From assembly GCA_041686735.1 (NCBI GenBank), contig JAWLDF010000004.1:69185-133184 (forward strand): a stretch of DNA of 64,000 nucleotides, in the 5' to 3' direction. Source of the DNA: Bacilli bacterium (lineage in GTDB: Bacteria > Bacillota > Bacilli > JACDOE01). The notes under the pieces were generated by a model that made no database searches, was not told the DNA's origin, and saw nothing but the letters and a program-made list of their open reading frames with translations. Shown here piece after piece: positions 20,313 through 28,871 of the stretch (position 1 is the stretch's first letter; every line of letters begins with the position of its first letter). A program made the translations under genes and the position numbers.

Positions 20313-21155
20313 TTTTTCTAATATACAGACCACCATTTTTACCAGATATTCATTAAGAACAGGCCATTTTGACGGGATTGCGAGAAAAGGACGCAACGGT
20401 TCATGATGGTAATAACGAACCTTCAGCAGAGTCTTCTTCATGATCCCTTCAAAGCGTTGAATCGTCATTTTATTAATATATGAAAAGAATTCTTCTCCTT
20501 TTTCGTTACGACCGATACGAAAGTGAATCCTTTCCTCTCCGTCCGGCAGTGGGGCAACCAGATATTTGTACACGCTGATTAATGTTTTATCAGAGAAAAA
20601 AGCATGAACCCACGGAATCCCGATGACATCGGATAGGTGGGCGCCATAAGGATGATAATAGGGGGGGAAATTAAGATAGAGTCGCCCTCCGGATTTGAGA
20701 ACACGGTGACATTCGGACAAGACAGCCACCGGATCGTCTACATGTTCCATGGCATCATTCATGATGATCGTATCCAGTGAATCCGATTCAAAAGGCAAGC
20801 GGGCCGCATCTCCTGTGATAAAGGTGGTTTTATCTTCCAATCCTTTTTGTCGGGCGAGTCGGGTCGCTTCTTCCCGGTAATGAGGCAAGACATCGATTCC
20901 GTAAACGTGTTCGGGACCGAGGGTCGCATAATACAGGGTTTTTCCCCCTGCGCCGCACCCGATATCGAGAACGGTTTTCCCCTGAAAAATCTCTTCTTTT
21001 CCGGCATGTCTCAGATAAAACTGAATGGTTCGTTCACCCTGTTGAAACTGCCATTCAGCATAGGTCATTTTCCCTTCATTGGCGAGATTAAAAGGGTGAA
21101 CCGGTTTTGGAAAAATATAATTGAGTGTTTTACATAATCTTGCGGCTACTGACAT
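20310..21155 (-). CDS. Class I SAM-dependent methyltransferase.
   Basis: Motif I VLDIGCGAGG and a post-I acidic residue; Methyltransf_11/25-like. Confidence 0.75.
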   Translation of the reverse strand: MSVAARLCKTLNYIFPKPVHPFNLANEGKMTYAEWQFQQGERTIQFYLRHAGKEEIFQGKTVLDIGCGAGGKTLYYATLGPEHVYGIDVLPHYREEATRLARQKGLEDKTTFITGDAARLPFESDSLDTIIMNDAMEHVDDPVAVLSECHRVLKSGGRLYLNFPPYYHPYGAHLSDVIGIPWVHAFFSDKTLISVYKYLVAPLPDGEERIHFRIGRNEKGEEFFSYINKMTIQRFEGIMKKTLLKVRYYHHEPLRPFLAIPSKWPVLNEYLVKMVVCILEK

Positions 21156-21291
21156 GACGTGTCATCCCTTTTCTGATCATTGTCGTCCACATTATATCAC
21201 AGGCAGAAAAAAATCAGAACGAAGGCACGCATTCCTTTTTTGTTTGCCATGAAATAGTGGTACAATATTATTCTGGTCGGATTAATTTGAA

Positions 21292-22959
21292 ATGGGGAAG
21301 GAAGTCTGTTTCGTGTCGAAAAAACACTTTCTCTATGGTGCTTTTATATTAAGTATTGCAGCGATCTTATCCAAGCTGTTAAGCCTGTTGTACCGCATCC
21401 CTTTTCAACGCATCGCCGGAGATGAAGGGCTGGCCATGTACCAGGTGGTCTATCCCCTCTACTCTACTTTGTTGATATTGGTTGTTTCCGGAGTCCCGAT
21501 CGTGTTGTCCAAAATGGTCTCCGAACAGGCCGTGGTGGGAAATGTAGCGGAAGAAAAACGCATTGTGCGGTTGACATTCGGTTTTATCAGTTTCATTGGA
21601 TTTCTGGCATTCATCCTGTTGTTTTTCGGAGCAGAACAACTGGCTTCCTGGACGGGATTACCGGAGGTGACACCGGCCATCAAGGCGATTTCTTTCGCCC
21701 TGTTTATCGTCCCGATTGTGGCGGTTCTCAGGGGATTTTTCTACGGACACCAGCTGATGGTTCAATCGGGAACTTCCCAGGTAATCGAACAGTTTTTTCG
21801 CGTAATCACCATCATCCTTTTTGCTTTTTTGTTGGTGAAAGGGGGATTCGGGCTGAATGAAGTGGTGGCCGGGGCTACGTTCGGCACGGTGGTCGGCGCG
21901 GTATTCGGCGCCGTCTATCTAATCTATCACTACGGATCTTTTCAGCGACGTCGTCACACGGTGACAATGAATGTAACTCGTACAGAACCAACGCTGGAAT
22001 CTTCGCCGATTTCCGGCAGTGAACTGTTTAAAACCATCGTTGTTTTTACCTTTGCAGTCAGCATCAGTTCGTTAATGATACCGCTTTTTGGACTGGCGGA
22101 TTCCTTTACGGTGGTCAATTTGTTGATTGCAGCGGAAGAATCGGTGCAGGCGGCGAAAGATTGGTTTGGATATTATAGCCGCGGACTTCCGTTCGTACAG
22201 GCGACCACGATGTTTGCCAGTGCCCTGGCCTTATCAATTGTGCCGAAAATTGCCGCAGAGGGAAGAGTTCAGAATAACGATGAGATTAAGCGATCCGCCC
22301 ATCTTTCCATCAAAGTGACTGCACTGATGGGACTACCGGCCGGAGTGGGGCTTGCTCTTTTGGCGGATGATTTGAATTTGATTTTGTTCGGGGATCGGCA
22401 GGGGAGTTTTGCGATTGCAATGCTATCCCTTTCATCAATCCTGCTCACGTTTGCCATCACGACATCAGCTATTTTGCAAGGCATGGGGAAAGTTTATCAG
22501 CCTGCCGTTTATCTGCTGGTTGCACTTGTGAGCAAGCTGATCTTAAATGTCGTACTGGTCCCGCTCTATAACATTGATGGAGCAGCCATGGCGACTCTGC
22601 TTGCTTACGGATTGCTTACATTTTTAAACGGATGGACCATTTCCCGATCTGTCAAAGGGTTTGACGGCTGGTCGGTCATCTTGGGAAAACCTCTTCTGGC
22701 TACACTGATAATGGCTGTATTTGTTTGGGGGGGAGACCGCCTGATTCGCACGTATCTTCCGGCAGATGATCAGGGTACTGTTTTGATCGGTCATTGGGTG
22801 CAGGCGTTGTTGATTGCGGGACTGATCGGTCTGGGTGTACTGGCCTATTTTGTGACCATTTTTGCCGTCAGAGGGATTGAAAAACATGAACTGGAGAGAA
22901 TCCCGAAAGTGGGTGTGTTCATGGCAAATCTGCTAAAAAAGTGGCGTCTTTTATCTTGA
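21292..22959 (+). CDS. MOP-superfamily polysaccharide/peptidoglycan-precursor flippase (SpoVB/YtgP-like).
   Basis: 555 aa with 14 TM segments. The N-terminus resembles SpoVB (...LYRIPFQRIAGDEGLAMYQVVYPLY...). Confidence 0.65.
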   Translation: MGKEVCFVSKKHFLYGAFILSIAAILSKLLSLLYRIPFQRIAGDEGLAMYQVVYPLYSTLLILVVSGVPIVLSKMVSEQAVVGNVAEEKRIVRLTFGFISFIGFLAFILLFFGAEQLASWTGLPEVTPAIKAISFALFIVPIVAVLRGFFYGHQLMVQSGTSQVIEQFFRVITIILFAFLLVKGGFGLNEVVAGATFGTVVGAVFGAVYLIYHYGSFQRRRHTVTMNVTRTEPTLESSPISGSELFKTIVVFTFAVSISSLMIPLFGLADSFTVVNLLIAAEESVQAAKDWFGYYSRGLPFVQATTMFASALALSIVPKIAAEGRVQNNDEIKRSAHLSIKVTALMGLPAGVGLALLADDLNLILFGDRQGSFAIAMLSLSSILLTFAITTSAILQGMGKVYQPAVYLLVALVSKLILNVVLVPLYNIDGAAMATLLAYGLLTFLNGWTISRSVKGFDGWSVILGKPLLATLIMAVFVWGGDRLIRTYLPADDQGTVLIGHWVQALLIAGLIGLGVLAYFVTIFAVRGIEKHELERIPKVGVFMANLLKKWRLLS

Positions 22960-22965
22960 AATAAA

Positions 22966-23010
22966 AAAGGGAAATGAAAGTGCCGTTCACCTCTCATTTC
23001 CCACTTCTCA
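22966..23010. terminator. Bidirectional terminator.
   Basis: GGGAAATGAAAGTG...CACCTCTCATTTCCC hairpin between convergent genes. Confidence 0.55.
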
Positions 23011-23020
23011 CTTCTCACCT

Positions 23021-23440
23021 CTAGCCCTGGCATTGCGGGCAGAGCCCGTAGAACTCGATATTATGGTCGGATAAGCGATATCCGGACTCTTTTTCAATGG
23101 ATTTCATGTTAATTCCAGCCTCGAAATGGATATCATCGATCCGGCCGCACTTTTTACATAAAAGATGATAATGAGTGTGTTCAAGTACCTCGAAGCGCGT
23201 ACACCCTTCTCCGCAGCGAATTTCCCTTACAACGCCGATTTCTTTCAGAGATCTTAGTGTATTGTAAACCGTGGCAAAACTCATATTTGAATATTCGTCC
23301 ATAAGCTGGTCATGAATTTGTTCGGCTGTGGGATGATCAAGTTCTTTCAATACCTTAATGATCGCCACCCTTTGCGGAGTTACACGAATCTGATGATCTT
23401 TCAACAACTGTACAATTGATTCTGTTTCTGGATGGGCCAC
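23021..23440 (-). CDS. Fur-family metalloregulator (PerR/Fur-like).
   Basis: 139 aa with a DNA-binding helix (...PTAEQIHDQL...SFATVYNTLRSLKEIGVV...), a regulatory His cluster (HTHYH) and structural CxxC...CxxC (CKKCG...CPQC). The 'PerR/Fur-like' call rests on its divergent position relative to peroxiredoxin and glutaredoxin-like genes; I cannot tell PerR from Fur or Zur by sequence alone. Confidence 0.75.
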   Translation of the reverse strand: MAHPETESIVQLLKDHQIRVTPQRVAIIKVLKELDHPTAEQIHDQLMDEYSNMSFATVYNTLRSLKEIGVVREIRCGEGCTRFEVLEHTHYHLLCKKCGRIDDIHFEAGINMKSIEKESGYRLSDHNIEFYGLCPQCQG

Positions 23441-23547
23441 GATCCATCACCTCCCGCTTCAATCTTCATCTATATTATATCACATACTAGTTTAAAATTA
23501 TTACAAAATAATATTGACTTAGAATAAGTTTTATTTTAAAGTTATAA

Positions 23548-23850
23548 TTGCGAATTGTAAAGAGAATACTTTTTATGGTTAAAATGAATATGGAAGGCTG
23601 TTGTTTATCCATGGAACCTGTAACGATCTATGTCACGGAAGGTTGTGGCAGTTGCCGGCAAATGAAAGAGTTATTGACCAGTCGCGGAGTGTCGTACATA
23701 GAAAAAAATACAACGACGGATCCCGGATTGATGGATGAGTTGAACCGACTGGGTTCATCAACCGTCCCGACGGTGGTTTTCGGGGAGCATATCGTCATCG
23801 GATTACGACCCAATCTCATGAACCGACTACTGGACGAAGCCGGATTATAG
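23548..23850 (+). CDS. Glutaredoxin/NrdH-like small redoxin. The start codon is uncertain (23548, 23584 or 23611).
   Basis: It has a thioredoxin-fold redox motif (YVTEGCGSCRQMKELL) and a ...TVPTVVFGEHIVIG... segment typical of glutaredoxin-like proteins. Confidence 0.5.
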   Translation: MRIVKRILFMVKMNMEGCCLSMEPVTIYVTEGCGSCRQMKELLTSRGVSYIEKNTTTDPGLMDELNRLGSSTVPTVVFGEHIVIGLRPNLMNRLLDEAGL

Positions 23851-23943
23851 GATGAGTGCAACTTTTGCAGGGATCGCAGCATTGAGACCGATCCTTTGCA
23901 AATACAATAATCTCTGTATTCCAAATAAAGGAGGATGAAAAGA

Positions 23944-24426
23944 ATGCCAAAAGGAGCTACTGAAACAAAGACGCTCAAAGTTGGCGACAAGGCTCCCGAC
24001 TTTACGTTGAAAGCTCATGGCGATCGCACGGTTACTCTTAGCGATTACCTGGGCAAGAAAAATGTATTCATCGCATTCTACCCCTTAGACTGGACCCCTG
24101 TCTGAGGCGCGCAGATGCCTTCATACGAGGACGATCTGTCCAAGTTTGAAGAGTATGATACCCAGGTTCTGGGTATAAGTGTAGATAGTATTCCCAGTCA
24201 TGAAGCATGGCAAAAATCACTGGGAGGAATTTCCTATCCTCTGTGCTCCGACTTCTGGCCCCACGGTGAAGTTGCACAGAAGTACGGTGTATTACGCGAT
24301 GAGGGAATGACCGAACGGGCCCTGTTTGTCATTGACAAAGAAGGTGTTGTCCGCTTTATCGATGTTCATCCCATCGATCAGCAGCCGGATAACGAAGAAA
24401 TTTTTGAAGTGCTTCGTAAACTGTAA
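23944..24426 (+). CDS. Peroxiredoxin (AhpC/TSA, Bcp/PrxU-like) that is a candidate selenoprotein. An in-frame TGA at 24103-24105 replaces the peroxidatic Cys.
   Basis: RBS AAAGGAGGA. The N-terminal half ...KAPDFTL...[13 protein letters not shown][TGA]GAQMP... is the PxxxTxxC peroxiredoxin motif with TGA exactly at the C position. The same frame continues for 107 more codons of typical Prx sequence (...VLGISVDS...HEAW...[10 protein letters not shown]...), which the track calls as a separate ORF (24115..24426). A hairpin at 24112-24138 lies 6 nt after the TGA. Confidence 0.6.
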
Positions 24427-24485
24427 AACATACATGAGCGGCTGTTTCCCCTTTTCCGAAGGAAGGCCGTAAGGATAATCGAAAA

Positions 24486-24525
24486 ACCTGCTTCGTTTAC
24501 TGATGAAGCAGGTTTTTCTTACACG
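24486..24525 (+). terminator. Rho-independent terminator downstream of the peroxiredoxin gene.
   Basis: AAACCTGCTTC-GTTTACTGAT-GAAGCAGGTTT followed by TTCTT. Confidence 0.6.
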
Positions 24526-24549
24526 ACATAGTAAAGGAGTTGAGCAGGC

Positions 24550-25251
24550 ATGGAAATGTCGAGAAAAGCCATTCCTTATACACCTAACGATAAACATTTA
24601 CATGAGATGAACATAGGGATTGTTTCTACTGCCGGAGCCCATTTAAAAGATCAAGAACCTTTCAGTGAGGATCCGACAACCGGCGATTTAACTTATCGCA
24701 TCATCCCGGGTGACGTCGACAGTGCCGATTTTCATGTAACCCATGCTGCACCAAAAGAAGAATATGACACAAATGAGCCGATGAAGGATATCAATACCAT
24801 TTTTCCAATCGACCGCTTGCGTGAACTTGCGGAAGAGGGATACATCGGCGGGCTGGCCGATCAGCATTACTCGATGATGGGTTTTGCGATGAAATTAAAG
24901 CGCTTACAGGAGGAAACGATTCCAGAGGTTGTAAAAAAAGTTGTTCGTTCCAAAGCGGACGGAGTCATTCTTACAGCCGGCTGACCTCTCTGTCATCGCA
25001 CTGTAGTTACAGTGCAAAGAGCGATTGAAGCTCAGGGAATTCCCACGGTTTTGATCACACTGGACCCCCATCAATCGGGGTTGATGCGTCCGCCTCGGGC
25101 CATTCATCCGAAGGGATTTCGTTTCGGTCACTCACTGGGAAAACCGGGTGATCGCGAAATGCAGATGAAAGTATTAAAAGCATCCCTGGAACAGCTCACT
25201 ATCCGTCAGGAACCCGGACAGATCCATGAGCTGGATTTTCCCGGCTATTAA
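24550..25251 (+). CDS. Selenoprotein-B family protein (GrdB/PrdB-like, PF07355-type) that is a candidate selenoprotein. An in-frame TGA at 24982-24984 lies in a UxxC motif.
   Basis: The two track ORFs 24550..24984 and 25012..25251 are in the same frame, separated only by the TGA. The fused product reads ...DINTIFPIDRLRELAEEGYIGGLADQHYSMMGF...VILTAG-U-PLCHRTVVTVQRAIEAQGIPTVLI..., which matches from memory the pattern of D-proline/glycine reductase selenoprotein B, where Sec sits in a TAGUxxCHR context. The hairpin CACTGTAGTTACAGTG begins 13 nt after the TGA. RBS AAAGGAG. Confidence 0.5.
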
Positions 25252-25360
25252 ATTTTGTTTAAATGATCGGGCTTTTGCCCGGTTTTTTTGTGCGCAAAAT
25301 CAAAAAAGAATATTTTTATAACCCCTGTACAGACTACGAAAGAGAGGAGGTGACAATATC

Positions 25361-25528
25361 ATGGCCAGAGAAACGCAAACCGGTACGAACGTAAATCATG
25401 TAAGAAAACGTAATGCTGCATCTCAAGCTGGTAACTCTGAGTTTGCCGCAGAAACCAACGCTGCTGATGTACGCAAGAGAAATCAAGCCTCCCAAGCAAG
25501 AAGTGCTCAACAAAATCCGCAACAGTAA
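25361..25528 (+). CDS. Small acid-soluble spore protein, gamma-type (SspE-like), 55 aa; not present in the ORF track.
   Basis: Its sequence MARETQTGTNVNHVRKRNAASQAGNSEFAAETNAADVRKRNQASQARSAQQNPQQ carries the gamma-SASP repeat signature (T/SEFAxETNAxxVRKxNQxS). It has a strong RBS (AGAGGAGGTGA), a sigmaG/F-like upstream element (GAATA-N17-CAGACTA), and a terminator follows. Confidence 0.6.
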   Translation: MARETQTGTNVNHVRKRNAASQAGNSEFAAETNAADVRKRNQASQARSAQQNPQQ

Positions 25529-25658
25529 CCTGTAACCTTTTTTGAACATCGTTTGGGGCTGCCGGATAAAGGGTGTATACTCTTTTTAGGGTAGCCCCTT
25601 TATTGTTATTGTCAGAAAGTATAAAATGTTATAGAAATCAAAACGGAGGTTCTTCAGG

Positions 25659-26048
25659 ATGATCATCGGTACAGGGATCGATATCGTGGAATTGGCCCGG
25701 ATTGAGGCGCTTATTTCAAAAAATGAGGATAAATTGCTGGAACGAATTTTTGCCGCTGAGGAACGTGAGCGGATTCCACAATCTTTCTCAAGGGAAACGG
25801 CTTATATTTCCGGACGGTTTGCCGCTAAAGAAGCCGCGGCCAAAGCCCTTGGAACAGGTTTCGGGCACAAATTAAGCTGGCATGATATTTGCGTGATGTC
25901 TGATGCCGCAGGGAAACCGTATATCCAATGGAATGAACGGTTGTATCCCTTTTTTCCTTTCCTGCAGGACAGCCGGACTTTCTTGTCGATATCACATGAG
26001 AAAAAGTATGCAGTTGCCCAGGTCATCATAGAAAGCCCGTCAAGCTAG
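25659..26048 (+). CDS. acpS: Holo-[acyl-carrier-protein] synthase.
   Basis: MIIGTGIDIVELARIE... is the canonical AcpS N-terminus, and the length is 129 aa. Confidence 0.85.
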   Translation: MIIGTGIDIVELARIEALISKNEDKLLERIFAAEERERIPQSFSRETAYISGRFAAKEAAAKALGTGFGHKLSWHDICVMSDAAGKPYIQWNERLYPFFPFLQDSRTFLSISHEKKYAVAQVIIESPSS

Positions 26049-26108
26049 TCAGCATATCCGGACATGTACGGACATACATATATATCGCGGGTATAGGAGG
26101 GAAGAAAT

Positions 26109-27683
26109 GTGTTTGTGGTGGATGCGCATCAAATGCGAGAAATGGACCGTTTCACCATGGATACTCTCGGGATTCCGGGGATGATTCTAATGGAACATGC
26201 GGGTCGTGCAGTGGCTGATGAAATCCGGTTGAAAGGCTCTTTTCGGCATGCCGTTGTTCTATGCGGCCACGGGAATAACGGCGGCGACGGGATGGTTATC
26301 GCCCGATACCTGCATCAGCGATCCTGTGCAGTAACGGTTTTTTTGCTCGGGGATCCGAAAAAGATGTCTCCCGACAGCCGCTTTCACATGGGACTTGCAC
26401 AAAAACAGGGGGTAAAAATCGTAATCTTCAACGGAGACTGGCAACCCGTTTCGCTTGCTATGAACGATGCTGATATCATTGTGGATGCCATGCTGGGAAC
26501 GGGTGCGACGGGGCACCTGCGTGAACCGGTGAAAACGGCAGTCAATCTGCTGAACCAATCCCGATCTGTATCGGGTAAAAAATCGGTTGTCGTTGCTGTT
26601 GACATTCCAACGGGTATTGATGCAAACAACGGGCAACAGATGGACACGGCAGTCAGGGCTGATCTGACTGTAACTTTTGCCTTTCCCAGGTGGGGTCACT
26701 ATCTCTATCCCGGCAAAGATTACGCCGGGGAGTTGAGAGTAAAAGACATCGGTATTCCTGATGAAGCTGTTCGGAAGGCGGGCTGTAACACACGAATCCT
26801 TACACCGGACGAAGTAGCCGAAGTGATTCCGAAACGAAACAGACATTCCCACAAAGGTACCTATGGTCATGTCCTGCTGGTATCAGGCTCCCATGAGATG
26901 AGAGGAGCTCCTGTACTGGCCGGAAAGGCAGCTCTCCTAAGCGGAGCAGGGATGGTCACGATGGCGGTCCCCTCTTCGATTTTACCCCAGGTATCATCGC
27001 AGGTGACGGAAGCCATCATGTGGGCATGGCCGGAGCAGGAAGGACGTTTTCAAAATCTTCCGCTCACGGAAATTCCGCAGTGGGATGACAAGAAAGAACG
27101 TTACTCCTGTATGGCTGTCGGGCCCGGAACGGGAAGCTGGCAACATGGGGAAGAGTGGATCGATCAAATCTTATCCCATGTTTCATGCCCGTTGATTATC
27201 GATGCGGATGCCCTGAATCTGGCGGCAAGAAATCCGGATATCCTGCATCATCGCCAGGGAACGGTGGTGATCACGCCCCATCCGGGTGAAATGGCCCGTC
27301 TCACCGGGCTATCTGTTGCTGAAGTTGAAAGTTCACGCCCGCAGGTGGCCCGAACTTTTGCAGAGCGATATGGGGTGTATGTCGTTTTAAAAGGAACACA
27401 TACCATCATCGCAGCTCCGGACGGGCGGATGATTCTCAACATGACAGGGAGCCCCAGTATGTCAAAGGGAGGATCCGGTGATGTACTGACCGGCATCATT
27501 TCCTCTTTTATCGCTCAAATCAGCAAAAATGACGAGGCCGATCTGTTGGAGACGATTGCTGCTGCCGTTCATATTCACGGGTTAACAGGCGAAATTTGCG
27601 GAAAACAATCGGAATACAGCACGCTGGCCAGTGACATGATCCGGCATATTGGAACAGCTATTTCTCAAATTTTGAATGGATGA
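26109..27683 (+). CDS. nnr: Bifunctional NAD(P)H-hydrate repair enzyme Nnr (YjeF N-terminal epimerase plus C-terminal ADP-dependent dehydratase).
   Basis: The N-terminal YjeF_N block is ...VVLCGHGNNGGDGMVIARYL.... The C-terminal carbohydrate-kinase-like block is ...GGSGDVLTG.... GTG start. Confidence 0.85.
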   Translation: MFVVDAHQMREMDRFTMDTLGIPGMILMEHAGRAVADEIRLKGSFRHAVVLCGHGNNGGDGMVIARYLHQRSCAVTVFLLGDPKKMSPDSRFHMGLAQKQGVKIVIFNGDWQPVSLAMNDADIIVDAMLGTGATGHLREPVKTAVNLLNQSRSVSGKKSVVVAVDIPTGIDANNGQQMDTAVRADLTVTFAFPRWGHYLYPGKDYAGELRVKDIGIPDEAVRKAGCNTRILTPDEVAEVIPKRNRHSHKGTYGHVLLVSGSHEMRGAPVLAGKAALLSGAGMVTMAVPSSILPQVSSQVTEAIMWAWPEQEGRFQNLPLTEIPQWDDKKERYSCMAVGPGTGSWQHGEEWIDQILSHVSCPLIIDADALNLAARNPDILHHRQGTVVITPHPGEMARLTGLSVAEVESSRPQVARTFAERYGVYVVLKGTHTIIAAPDGRMILNMTGSPSMSKGGSGDVLTGIISSFIAQISKNDEADLLETIAAAVHIHGLTGEICGKQSEYSTLASDMIRHIGTAISQILNG

Positions 27684-27758
27684 CACCACACAGTCACATT
27701 TCCCGGGAAATTGACACAAATCCCTCCTTTGTCGAATTCAGCAAAGGGGTTGATCTGA

Positions 27759-28781
27759 GTGGGTCGTATGGGTAGCTTTCTCAAATTTTTAATTCCCGTA
27801 CTGGTTGTATTGATTGTCGTCTCCGGTTGTGGCAAAAAAAGCATGGAAGATGTTGTAGGTGATCTGGAGGAACAATTGGAGTCTTTACAAAGTTATAAGA
27901 CTGAAGGGGAATTAACGTTACAAACCGGAGATAATCCACAATCGTATGATATGGAAATCTGGTATCAAGAACCGAATTTTTATCGGATTGCGCTCACTTC
28001 AAAGGAGCGGGAAATTACCCAGATTATTTTACGTAATGAAGACGGGGTATTTGTACTGACTCCCCACTTGAACAAAAGTTTTCGTTTTCAGAGTGGCTGG
28101 CCGGAAAAACACGGACAGGTATATCTTTATGAATCCTTGATCAACAGTATTTTAGAGGATGAGGAACGCACTTTTGAAACGGCAGAAGACCAGTATGTGT
28201 TTGAGGTGAAAGCCGATTATCAAAACCGTTCACTCACCAGCCAAAAAATCTGGCTGACGAAGGATCTTGCTCCGACACGTGTTGAGGTTATGGACACAAA
28301 TTATAATAAAATCGTTGAAGTTCTATTTGAAAAGTTTGAGATGAATGTTGGTTTCGATGAAGATGCATTTGATAAAGATCGCAACATGTCCGCTGCCATG
28401 TTAGCGGTACCGACGATGGCAGGAGGTCAGACTGCTTCTGACAAAAGCGATTTCGGCGTGATTGAACCATCCTATGTTCCCGATGGTGCCAAGTTAAGCA
28501 GTGTAGAAGAGGTTAAAGGAGAAGACGGAAAAACAATCGTGCTTAAATATAAGGGAGCCTACCATTATACGTTAATGGAGGAACGTCCGCAGGCGGCATC
28601 AGTCAGTTTCGCATACGGTGAACCGGTCGATCTCGGTTTTACTTACGGTGTGATTACGGGAGATCAACAAAAGACGCTCATCTGGACGCATGAAGGGGTA
28701 GAATATAAGTTGAGCGGAGATATGCCTGATGAAGAGATGGTAAAAGTGGCACAATCGGTTTACGGACAAACCGGAAAATAG
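27759..28781 (+). CDS. Sporulation-type lipoprotein (YdcC/LolA-like fold, DUF4367-like).
   Basis: Lipobox VVSGC. Its position between acpS and alr matches B. subtilis ydcC. Confidence 0.55.
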   Translation: MGRMGSFLKFLIPVLVVLIVVSGCGKKSMEDVVGDLEEQLESLQSYKTEGELTLQTGDNPQSYDMEIWYQEPNFYRIALTSKEREITQIILRNEDGVFVLTPHLNKSFRFQSGWPEKHGQVYLYESLINSILEDEERTFETAEDQYVFEVKADYQNRSLTSQKIWLTKDLAPTRVEVMDTNYNKIVEVLFEKFEMNVGFDEDAFDKDRNMSAAMLAVPTMAGGQTASDKSDFGVIEPSYVPDGAKLSSVEEVKGEDGKTIVLKYKGAYHYTLMEERPQAASVSFAYGEPVDLGFTYGVITGDQQKTLIWTHEGVEYKLSGDMPDEEMVKVAQSVYGQTGK

Positions 28782-28871
28782 ACGGGAAGCACTCCGAATC
28801 GATTAAAAATCAGGGATAAGCCGGGGCAGTTGAACTGTCCCTGTTTTTGTTAATAATAAACTGGTACAATA

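Noticed and set aside
24982-25011. Treating 24550..24984 and 25012..25251 as two ordinary genes (the second with a GTG start).
   Set aside because: The second ORF has no RBS and its proposed GTG start sits inside the hairpin. Both parts belong to one protein family when fused across the TGA. I kept it as one candidate selenoprotein gene but flagged the uncertainty.
25334-25549. Track ORF on the minus strand (71 aa) opposite the SASP gene.
   Set aside because: It has no RBS and a hydrophobic low-complexity translation. It is a shadow of the well-supported plus-strand SASP gene.
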